From assembly GCA_050250895.1 (NCBI GenBank), contig JBFWNU010000003.1, positions 64,001-128,000 on the forward strand: 64,000 bases of DNA, written 5' to 3'. This document shows, in pieces, positions 56,112 through 64,000 of the stretch. Source of the DNA: Vulcanimicrobiota bacterium (lineage in GTDB: Bacteria > Vulcanimicrobiota > Xenobia > Xenobiales > JADMJV01). The position numbers and the translations under genes are program-made. The notes under the pieces were generated by a model. That model searched no databases and was not told where the DNA came from. It was given only the letters and a program-made list of their open reading frames with translations. Position 1 is the stretch's first letter; each line of letters starts with the position of its first letter.

Positions 56112-56564
56112 CTAGGCGTCGGGGGTCTGGCCGGCCACGAGGTAACCGTCAAATTTGTTTTCACCGGCGGGGGTCATGACCGCTCCGCGAATCTCGATGG
56201 TGTCGCCGTGGTCGAGCAGGGCGAAGCTCTGCAGGCCTTTCTCGTCGGCGTTTACATAGATGGCGGCTTCTTCATTGGTGGGGGTCTTACCGTAGATGAC
56301 GGCTTCCATCTGTTGCTTGCCTTTGATCTCGAACTCGCAGGCCATGGGACCCTGCACCACTTTGCCGGGTTGGCCCATGGCCTGATCCTGGCCTTCGACT
56401 TCGTCCATCTGAGCCAACATGGCAGCGGCGAAAACGCTCTTGCCGGCTTCTTGCTGACCCTCTTCGGTCAGAGCCTGACGCTCGACGCCTTGGGGGAGTT
56501 CTCCCTGACGTAGCCGATTAACCGGCCCCTGAGCGAACTTGGGTAGTGAGTTGATAACACTCAT
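56112..56564 (-). CDS. Hypothetical protein
   Basis: AGGAGG RBS and its own terminator; no Sec signal. Confidence 0.75.
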   Translation of the reverse strand: MSVINSLPKFAQGPVNRLRQGELPQGVERQALTEEGQQEAGKSVFAAAMLAQMDEVEGQDQAMGQPGKVVQGPMACEFEIKGKQQMEAVIYGKTPTNEEAAIYVNADEKGLQSFALLDHGDTIEIRGAVMTPAGENKFDGYLVAGQTPDA

Positions 56565-56624
56565 AATATGTGAATCCTCCTGAGATTGCTACCAGCAAGC
56601 TACCAATCTCGGCCGGGATGGGGT

Positions 56625-56640
56625 GTGAACACAGTGTTAC
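56625..56640. promoter_or_regulatory. GTGAA-N6-GTTAC repeat box
   Basis: On the minus strand it reads GTAAC-N6-TTCAC-N22-TAGCTT, upstream of the 56564 gene. Confidence 0.5.
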
Positions 56641-56719
56641 TCTTTTCGAAGGCAGTCGGGCTGACGCTGATCATCGCCGTTACCCGATCGCCCTGCTAAC
56701 CTCTGTCCAGGAGGCGGCG

Positions 56720-59419
56720 ATGAGCGTTCATCGATGTTCGCTTGCAGAGTTGTTCGAGCAGCTCGGGACAAGCCACCACGGGCTGGACCCGGTCGAGGCG
56801 GCGGCACGCCTTCAGCGAGATGGACCCAATCGCATCTCAGAGCGGCGTCCCAGGCCTCTGGTGGTGCGGCTGGGCCGGCATCTGGTCAACCCCTTCGCAC
56901 TCTTGCTCTGGGTGGGGGCCGGGCTGGCCTTTCTGGCCGATTCGTTCCAGCCCGGTGAGGGCATGGCCAGTATTGCTCGGGCTCTGGTAGCGGTGGTGCT
57001 GATTAACGCCGGTTTCACTTTCTGGCAAGAGTCCAAAGCCGAGCACGCGATGGCTGCCTTTCGGCGAATGCTGAGTCCCCGGGCCAGGGTGATGCGAGGC
57101 GCGGAGGAGGTCGAGATCGAGGCTGCCGCCATCGTGGCCGGGGATATCCTCATCCTGCGCGAGGGCGACGGCGTGCCGGCCGACGGCCGGTTGTTCGAGG
57201 TCCATGCCCTCAAAGTGAACAACGCCAGTCTGACCGGTGAGAGCGAGCCTCAATTGCGCAGCTTGCACTCTGAAGCGGCTCAGCTGGTGGACGCCCGCAA
57301 CCTGGTCTTCTCGGGAACCCTGGTCAGCGCGGGCAGCGGCCGCGCCGTGGTATTCGCCACCGGTGACCGCAGCCAGTTGGGACAGATCGCTGTCCAGACC
57401 TTGCAGACCCGACCTGGTAGTTCGCCGATGCAGCGCGAGATCGAGCACTTCATCCGGGTCATTTCTTGCATCGCTGTGTCGCTCGGAGTCCTCTTCTTTG
57501 GTTTAGGTTGGCTGCTGGGCAACCCCTTCTGGAGCAATCTCATCTTCGCCATCGGCATCATCGTGGCCAATGTTCCGGAGGGGCTCTTGCCCACCGTCAC
57601 CCTGGCTTTGAGCCTGGCGGCCGTGCGCATGGCCCGGCGCCAGGCGCTGGTCAAGTCGTTGCAATCTGTGGAAACCCTGGGCCGCACCACGGTCATCTGC
57701 ACCGACAAGACAGGAACGCTCACCAGCAACACGATGCGGGTCGACCAGTGTTTTCTGGGATTACAGGACTATCCAAGCGGCCAGGCCCCGCCAGCACACC
57801 TGGGCCAGTGGCTGACGGCCGTCTCGGTGTTGTGCAGCAACGCCGGCCTGAGCCGCTCAGGGGACCAGTTGCGGCTCACCGGTGACCCCACCGAGACGGC
57901 GCTGCTGCTGATGGCCGAAGAGCTGGGCACTGGCTGCAGCTGGCTGCGCCAGGAGTGGCCGCGCCTGCTCGAGCTTCCCTTCAGCAGCGAGACCCGCTGC
58001 ATGACCACCGTCCATCAGCACGGCGCCGACCGGGTGGCTTACCTCAAGGGCGCTCCCGAGGTAATCCTTGAGCGTTGTGACCAGATCTTGTTGGCCGAGG
58101 CTACCTCGCTCGAGGGCGACCACCGCCAACGTCTCACCGAGCAAAGTCGCCTTTATGCCCTCAGCGGCCGTCGGGTTCTGGCTCTAGCTTATCGCCGGCT
58201 CGAGGCCGGACTTGATGCCGAAGAAGAAGTGGAGCGTCCCTTCACTCTGGTGGGGTTGGTGGCGCTCTACGACCCACCCCGGCCCGAGGTGCCAGCCGCT
58301 GTCAGGGACTGTCGTCGGGCCGGAATTCGGGTGGCGGTCATCAGCGGCGACCATCCGCTCACGGTCGAGTCGGTGGCCCGGGAGGTGGGAATCGTCACCA
58401 GTGACCAGAGAGTCTTGCTGACCGGGGCCGAGATGGCCGCTTTGAGCGATCAGCGATTGTCTGATCTCCTGCGCCTTCCCGAGGTGGTGCTGGCCCGAAC
58501 CAGTCCCCAGGACAAGTTGCGAGTGGTGGAGTTGTTGCAGGCCGCCGGCGAAGTGGTGGCCGTGACCGGAGACGGAGTCAACGATGCTCCTGCGCTCAAG
58601 CGTGCCGACATCGGCGTGGCCATGGGCCTGACCGGGACCGAAGTCGCCCGCGAGGCAGCCGACGTGGTGCTAGCCGATGATAACTTCAGCACGATCGTGT
58701 GCGCCGTGCGGGAGGGGCGGGTGATCTACGGCAATATTCGCAAGTTCATCGCCTACGTTCTGACCAGTAACATCCCCGAGATCCTCCCTTACATCGCCTT
58801 TGTCTTGCTGGCCATTCCCCTGCCCTTGACCGTCATTTTGATCCTGGCCATCGACCTGGGCACCGACATGCTGCCGGCCCTGGGGCTGGCCGCCGAAACG
58901 CCCGAGGATGACGTGATGGAGCAGCCTCCTATCGACCCCGCCCAACGCTTGCTTTCCCCTCGGCTGTTGCTGCTCAGCTACGGCGTGTACGGACCGATCC
59001 AGGCGGCCGCGGGATTCGCCGCCTACTTCTGGTTGCTGCATCAGGGGGGGTGGTGGTGGGGCCGGGCTCTGCCACCGTCAGACCCGCTCTATCGGCAGGC
59101 CATCGGAGCCTTCTTTCTGGCCATCGTGCTCAGCCAGGTGGCCAACGTGATGGCCTGTCGCACTCGCCGTCAGAGTGTCTTTTCGAAAGGGCTGCTCACG
59201 AATCGCCTGGTGCTGGCGGGAGTGGCCCTCGAGTTGGCGATGGTTGGCTTCATCCTTTACACGCCGGCGGGCAACGCACTTTTTGGGACCGCCGGCGTGC
59301 CGGTCGTGGCCTGGCTGGTCCCCCTGCCCTTCGCTGGCTTGCTGCTGCTTTTAGAAGAGACTCGCAAGGCCCTTCGCCGGCGCAACAGCCGCTGGGTCGA
59401 GCGCTGGCTTACCTGGTAG
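56720..59419 (+). CDS. Cation-transporting P-type ATPase (P2C/Na,K-like)
   Basis: LTGESEP, VANVPEGL, DKTGT, KGAPE, TGDGVND, TSNIPE and IDLGTD. Confidence 0.93.
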   Translation: MSVHRCSLAELFEQLGTSHHGLDPVEAAARLQRDGPNRISERRPRPLVVRLGRHLVNPFALLLWVGAGLAFLADSFQPGEGMASIARALVAVVLINAGFTFWQESKAEHAMAAFRRMLSPRARVMRGAEEVEIEAAAIVAGDILILREGDGVPADGRLFEVHALKVNNASLTGESEPQLRSLHSEAAQLVDARNLVFSGTLVSAGSGRAVVFATGDRSQLGQIAVQTLQTRPGSSPMQREIEHFIRVISCIAVSLGVLFFGLGWLLGNPFWSNLIFAIGIIVANVPEGLLPTVTLALSLAAVRMARRQALVKSLQSVETLGRTTVICTDKTGTLTSNTMRVDQCFLGLQDYPSGQAPPAHLGQWLTAVSVLCSNAGLSRSGDQLRLTGDPTETALLLMAEELGTGCSWLRQEWPRLLELPFSSETRCMTTVHQHGADRVAYLKGAPEVILERCDQILLAEATSLEGDHRQRLTEQSRLYALSGRRVLALAYRRLEAGLDAEEEVERPFTLVGLVALYDPPRPEVPAAVRDCRRAGIRVAVISGDHPLTVESVAREVGIVTSDQRVLLTGAEMAALSDQRLSDLLRLPEVVLARTSPQDKLRVVELLQAAGEVVAVTGDGVNDAPALKRADIGVAMGLTGTEVAREAADVVLADDNFSTIVCAVREGRVIYGNIRKFIAYVLTSNIPEILPYIAFVLLAIPLPLTVILILAIDLGTDMLPALGLAAETPEDDVMEQPPIDPAQRLLSPRLLLLSYGVYGPIQAAAGFAAYFWLLHQGGWWWGRALPPSDPLYRQAIGAFFLAIVLSQVANVMACRTRRQSVFSKGLLTNRLVLAGVALELAMVGFILYTPAGNALFGTAGVPVVAWLVPLPFAGLLLLLEETRKALRRRNSRWVERWLTW

Positions 59420-59489
59420 TTCGGCTTGGCGTGAACGGGGCGTAGCTCTTTTCGAAGCGTTTTCAGGGCCTGGTGTTAGGCTCGGCTTG

Positions 59490-60752
59490 ATGAGGATTGA
59501 CTCCCAGATAGGTCTCCCCCGGTCGGTTGCCAGGCCCGCGGTCGCTGCTACCGGGCCGATCGACACGGTCGAACTCGGTCGCGAAACTCCGGTCAAACTC
59601 ACGCGTGCGGCCGTGGCCGCCCTGGTCGGCCAGACCTCAAAGGAACTCAAGCCTCTCTGGAACCGCGAAATCTCAGACGTGGTGGGGCCAGACTATCCCG
59701 AAATTCAGGGCGCACCGGTGATTGCAACCGATGGCAAGCGGGCCTTCTTCGCCAGCCAGCACGCTTTGCTCGCGCTTGACTCCAAGACCGGCGCGACCGG
59801 TTGGAGCTTCGACGCCGACGGCAAAGGCATCGCCAGCCGTCCGCTGGTGCACGGTGATCAGGTTCTGGTGTCGGCCCTCGATGGCAGAGTCTATGCTCTG
59901 GATTCGGTTTCCGGCACTCCGGCCTGGAGTGCCCCTTGCGACCATCCCGCAGGCTTGCAACTGGGGGCCGACGGTTCCATCGTGGTGGGGGTCAAGAATG
60001 GCCAACTGGGACTCGACCCCACCACGGGCGAGCAACTGTGGTCCTCTCCGGTTCCTTTTGGCGACTCGGCGGTCGGACTGAATAACCAGATCGTTCGCGC
60101 CGGCGACCAGGTCCGGGCCGCGGTGGCCTATGACCGCGACAGCGGCGAAGAGCAGTGGCGTTTTTCTCAGGGCGGCCTGATCCGTCATCGGCCCACGGTG
60201 GGTCCCGACGGAACGGTCTATGTGGGCGATACCGACGGCAAGTTTTTTGCTCTTGACCCGGCCACCGGCCAGCCTCGCTGGATTCACCAGACCGAGGGCT
60301 ACGTGTTGGAGCCGTCGACGGTATCGGCCGACGGTCAGACTGTCTACGTGGGCAGCAGCGATCAACACCTCTATGCCCTGGATACGGCTACCGGCGACCC
60401 CCGCTGGAAATGCAAGGTCGAGGGCGAGGTGCGCATGCAGCCCAACCTGTCGGGCCAGGGCACGGTGGTGCTGGCCAGCGATAAGAACAAGATTTACGTG
60501 GTCGACGAGGCCACCGGTTCGCCCCTGGCCTCGGCCCCGGCCGCCAGTTACGTGCATGTGGCCCCGGCGGCTGGCGGTGATAGCCTGGTGCTGCAGGCCA
60601 ACAACCACACCCTCTACGGCTTTGGTTCGCCTACCGGGCTGCGCTCGCAACTGAGCCAGGCGATGCAGCAGGCAGACGCTCCCACGATGCGCTTGACCAG
60701 CGACGCCGAGGCCGTTCACATCGGCGAAGTCGACGTGCCCATCCAGCCTTAG
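59490..60752 (+). CDS. PQQ-like beta-propeller protein with MRI start and the shared C-terminal tag
   Basis: Multiple YALD..TG...W blades; ends LTSDAEAVHIGEVDVPIQP. Confidence 0.85.
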   Translation: MRIDSQIGLPRSVARPAVAATGPIDTVELGRETPVKLTRAAVAALVGQTSKELKPLWNREISDVVGPDYPEIQGAPVIATDGKRAFFASQHALLALDSKTGATGWSFDADGKGIASRPLVHGDQVLVSALDGRVYALDSVSGTPAWSAPCDHPAGLQLGADGSIVVGVKNGQLGLDPTTGEQLWSSPVPFGDSAVGLNNQIVRAGDQVRAAVAYDRDSGEEQWRFSQGGLIRHRPTVGPDGTVYVGDTDGKFFALDPATGQPRWIHQTEGYVLEPSTVSADGQTVYVGSSDQHLYALDTATGDPRWKCKVEGEVRMQPNLSGQGTVVLASDKNKIYVVDEATGSPLASAPAASYVHVAPAAGGDSLVLQANNHTLYGFGSPTGLRSQLSQAMQQADAPTMRLTSDAEAVHIGEVDVPIQP

Positions 60753-63700
60753 TCCTGCTGGCGAGTGACGCTGAAGTCACCCACCGTGACCTGCTCGGCG
60801 TCCATGTCTAAAGACAGATCTTTCTGGCTGTTCATGGCCTCGGCCAGGGCGATGACTTCGGTTACGGCTTTGAGTTCGGCGGCCAGCGAACTGCCGTTGG
60901 CAACCTTCTGGGCGATGGTGCTGTAGAGCGAGGATTGCTCGGGGGTGCTGTCGGCCAGCCAGCTCAAGATAGGCTTGGCAGCGCGATTCTGCTTGTCGGT
61001 CTCGGCCAGCTTGAGGCCTAGCTTGAGATACTCGCTCGGTCGGCTGGGCGGGGCCTCTTCGGCTAGGACGGTGGTGGCTAAACCGAGTTCTTTGGCTGTG
61101 GCCAGACGCGCCGCAAGCTCGCCGAGCCACCTCTTCTCGGGGCTGCCCGACAGATTGCGGGCAGCCGCGGCCATGACGATCCCCTGGGACTCGGTGTAGT
61201 TGTAAGCGTCGTTCCGGCTGCGGATGCGTTGCATCACATGCTGATAATACTCCTGGACCGACTGGTCGGGATTAGCGGCCGCTTCACGTAAGGCCAGCAG
61301 CCGGACCGTTTCCTGTTGGAGTTGCTGGTTAAGCGTGTCGACCACCGGAGCCAGGGGATTCGAGCCGACGGCCATCAGCCGTTGCAGCACACCCGTCCCC
61401 AGACTCTCGGCGAGCTTGGTGCCCAATTGCTCGGGGTCGTGGCCCTGCTCGAGCAGGGTCCTGGCCAGCAGACGCCGCTCGGAATCGTTCGGTTTGCCCT
61501 GGAGCAACTGGTCGAGCAGCGAGGCCGAGTCGGCCTGGTGTCCTTTCACGGCGGCCACCAACAAGTTTGCCTGGGCGTTGCGATAGTCGTAGGCATTGCT
61601 GCGCTGGTTGATGCTCGCATCGGCGGCCAGGGCCAGCGTCACGACCGACGCGCTCGGGTCCTTGGCGCTCGCCCTGAGGAATTCGCTCTTGACCACGCCC
61701 TCGAGCTGGGCGGCCAGGCTCAGCGCTGGTGTTAGCGTCGGCTGGTTGGTGGCCAGATCTTGTAGCAAAGCAGTCAGGGCCGCGTCGGACGCGCTCCAGT
61801 TGGCCATCTGCCTGGTAAACTCGGCGAGCTTGCCGGGGGTGGAAAGATCCGGCGATTCGAGCAGGTAGTCCAGCATCCGTCCATTGGCGTAAGTTTCGTG
61901 AAGCTTGTGGGCGCGGTCCACCGTGTCGGGATGGCTCGGTCTGAGGGTGTCCAGGGCCGCCAGTTGCACCTTAGCCAACTCACCCCGATAGTTGTAGGCG
62001 TCGTTGCGTTGGGCCACTTGCCGACTGACGGCCAGGGCTAGCTGGGTGGGGCTGTCATCAGGATGGGCGAAGGCCTCTTGGTAAACGATTCGCTGGATGA
62101 GTTGATTCTCGCAGGCCTGATCGAAGCGCTGGGCGGTGGCGAGCAACTTGCCGCCCTGAGCGGCAACCGCCTCGGCTAACCGGCGAGTGGATTCGAGGGA
62201 AAGACGCTGACTGGCAAAGGCCCCGAAATCGTTGAGCTGGTCCAGGTTGCCAAGCTCGGGGTGCTCGAGTAGCCGGGCGTAGATGTCGGGACGCTTGTTC
62301 TCGCTCAGGCTCTGGGCCATCTGGTTGGCCTGACCGTAGCGCTCGGCCGGAGCCGCCGCCAGCGCTTGTTTGAGTAGCGTCGCCACGGCCTGGCTGTGTT
62401 CATAGCTGTTGTTGAGCTGGTTGACGGCTCGATGGGTGGCCAGGGCCATTTCTACCCCATTCGCTGTGGGCTTTAAGAGGGTCTGCTTGCGCAACTCGCG
62501 CAGCACCACCGGGTCGGCCGGCACCACGAGTTCGCGGTAACTTGCCATGGTGGCCCGGGTTGCCTGATCGCCCTCGAGCAGATCGATCGCGCCTTCCAGG
62601 CAGCGGTCATTGGCGTAGCTATTGGCGATGAAGGTCGCCAGCCGTTGGCGTCCTTCGGGAGTGTCGGCGATGGGAGCTTCGAGCAGATGGCGCAGCCAGC
62701 GAATCTCGTTGGTGGACTCCGGGTTGCCTAAGAGGTCGTAGAGTTTGAGGTTGTAAGCATAGTCGGGATGGCTACTCATCTCGGCCATGCCTTTTCGCAG
62801 CACCTTCGTGAGGTCCCCGTAGTGGTTGTAGCTCGAGGACCAGCTCGAGACTTCGTCGGCGGCGCCCACCGCCAGTTGGGCGGGGTTGGCGTCCGGATGG
62901 GCGTAAGCCTGGCGATAGACGGCCGCTCCGGGCGTGCCTGCTCCAACGGCCAGCTTGGCGGCCGCTTCCATGGTGGGGCGATACTCGGGCGTCTCGGCCA
63001 CCAGAGCAGCCAGTCGCTTGTGTAAGTCTAGCTCGTTGCGCCTGCCCAGCGAACTCCTGGCGACATCCAGCCAGGTGGTCTGGGGCTCGCGCAAGAGCTG
63101 ACTATAGAAGCTGACTTTGCCGCTATCGTCGAGGACAGAGTCGAGCTGGTTCGCCCGGTCGGCCAGACCTTCCATCTTGACGCCGTTGGCCAGTTGGCGG
63201 GCCCGAGAGGCAAAGTGATTGTAGGCCGAGTTGCCCTGGCTGACCTCGGCCTCGACCGCCAGGGCCAGGCGGCCGGGCGGGGCGTCGGGATTGGCCAGAG
63301 CTTTGCGAGCCAGCGCCAGCTTGATCTGGTCGTCACAACCCTCGCTCAACCCCTTCACTCGATCGGCTAGCGAGTCGAACCCCGCCATCTTCGAGAGGGC
63401 CTGTAGGAAGCTCTCGGCGCTGGCCTGACCTAACGAGTTCGCCAGGGTGGCCACCACCCGGCGCTGGTCCTGGGGGGTCTCGAGACGCTGGTCTTGCAGC
63501 ACCCGACGGCAGACGCTGAGGCGTTCGCTGTCGCCGCCTTCGGGCTTGAGCCAGGTCACGATTTCGGCCCCGGGGCCCGCGCCTTCCAGGCAGGCGACCG
63601 CGAGCAGTTTCGCCCGGTCAGCGTTCCACTGATAGGAGTATTGCCACTGGCCGATTTCTTGCTCGGTCCTGACAGCCCACTCGCGCATGCCCGCCTCGGG

Positions 63701-64000
63701 GTCTTTGCGCACGACCCGGGCCAGCACCTCACGAATGCGGGGATTCTTGCTGGCCTCGAAAAGCTTGTGGACCGAACCCTGGCCGCGAGCGAGCATGGCC
63801 GAGCGGGTCATCTCGACCGCGTCTTCTCCTTTGACCCGGTCGGCCAGGGCCAGCGACTGGTCGGGCTCGGCGAGTTCGGGTTGGGCCAACAGAGCGGCCG
63901 CCATCGAGACCTTGCCCGCCGCCCCCAGCGAAGCGTTTTGATAGAGCTTGCAGGCGTTGGCATAGGCCGGCTCGGCGGCCAGAGCGGCCATGGCCCGGTC
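60749..64000 (-). CDS. Giant helical repeat protein, paralog of 51812..56023, 5'-truncated by the window edge
   Basis: Collinear similarity over more than 1080 aa; ends LDMDAEQVTVGDFSVTRQQD. Confidence 0.85.
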   Translation of the reverse strand, partial: DRAMAALAAEPAYANACKLYQNASLGAAGKVSMAAALLAQPELAEPDQSLALADRVKGEDAVEMTRSAMLARGQGSVHKLFEASKNPRIREVLARVVRKDPEAGMREWAVRTEQEIGQWQYSYQWNADRAKLLAVACLEGAGPGAEIVTWLKPEGGDSERLSVCRRVLQDQRLETPQDQRRVVATLANSLGQASAESFLQALSKMAGFDSLADRVKGLSEGCDDQIKLALARKALANPDAPPGRLALAVEAEVSQGNSAYNHFASRARQLANGVKMEGLADRANQLDSVLDDSGKVSFYSQLLREPQTTWLDVARSSLGRRNELDLHKRLAALVAETPEYRPTMEAAAKLAVGAGTPGAAVYRQAYAHPDANPAQLAVGAADEVSSWSSSYNHYGDLTKVLRKGMAEMSSHPDYAYNLKLYDLLGNPESTNEIRWLRHLLEAPIADTPEGRQRLATFIANSYANDRCLEGAIDLLEGDQATRATMASYRELVVPADPVVLRELRKQTLLKPTANGVEMALATHRAVNQLNNSYEHSQAVATLLKQALAAAPAERYGQANQMAQSLSENKRPDIYARLLEHPELGNLDQLNDFGAFASQRLSLESTRRLAEAVAAQGGKLLATAQRFDQACENQLIQRIVYQEAFAHPDDSPTQLALAVSRQVAQRNDAYNYRGELAKVQLAALDTLRPSHPDTVDRAHKLHETYANGRMLDYLLESPDLSTPGKLAEFTRQMANWSASDAALTALLQDLATNQPTLTPALSLAAQLEGVVKSEFLRASAKDPSASVVTLALAADASINQRSNAYDYRNAQANLLVAAVKGHQADSASLLDQLLQGKPNDSERRLLARTLLEQGHDPEQLGTKLAESLGTGVLQRLMAVGSNPLAPVVDTLNQQLQQETVRLLALREAAANPDQSVQEYYQHVMQRIRSRNDAYNYTESQGIVMAAAARNLSGSPEKRWLGELAARLATAKELGLATTVLAEEAPPSRPSEYLKLGLKLAETDKQNRAAKPILSWLADSTPEQSSLYSTIAQKVANGSSLAAELKAVTEVIALAEAMNSQKDLSLDMDAEQVTVGDFSVTRQQD

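Noticed and set aside
59490-60752. BamB or PQQ dehydrogenase assignment for the propeller proteins
   Set aside because: There is no lipoprotein or Sec signal and no dehydrogenase catalytic features; only the blade repeats are supported.
1-64000. Frequent CTCGAG/GTCGAC as a HIP1-like element
   Set aside because: Plausibly explained by CTC-GAG and GTC-GAC codon pairs; it cannot be supported without a codon-aware count.

Overview
A GC-rich, densely coding bacterial chromosomal window with about 60 genes. I saw no rRNA, tRNA, CRISPR array, prophage or intact IS. Recognisable genes include OTCase, grxC, an ECF sigma with a giant anti-sigma, lactate permease, MarR-ablB-ABC, rpsU-carD, S41 protease, F420-type LLM, M20, MocR, PilZ, a cNMP-GspE-like ATPase, GGDEF, crotonase, chrA, htpG and a P-type ATPase. 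Interspersed with them are about a dozen orphan, effector-like genes that lack Sec signals and share three sequence-visible features. (1) Six otherwise largely unrelated proteins end in the same ~20-aa terminal tag, [LI]x4[ED]x[VL]x[IV]G[GDE][FIV]x[LV]x3-5-COOH. (2) Many begin M-[KRQ]-I, often followed by a disordered P/S/T/Q segment and a D-x-[VLF]-x-L-[SG]-like motif. (3) Several are preceded by nTnAC direct repeats at 11-bp period, in four cases 21-22 nt upstream of a TAnnnT -10 box. Together these suggest an undescribed co-regulated export/effector system (inference). Its candidate cargo includes two paralogous giant proteins built from seven ~135-aa helical repeats, PQQ propellers, a PI4K-like kinase, a CHAP amidase, an M48 protease and a GDPH autocleavage-type protein. 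The window also holds a 4x71-bp palindromic array, other REP-like clusters, a 150-nt rod-like ncRNA candidate, a Macro-NDT/TIR fusion and an Rpn-type gene remnant. The gene style resembles Ca. Eremiobacterota/Vulcanimicrobiota, but this is an unverified impression. All product calls come from motif recognition, not database searches.
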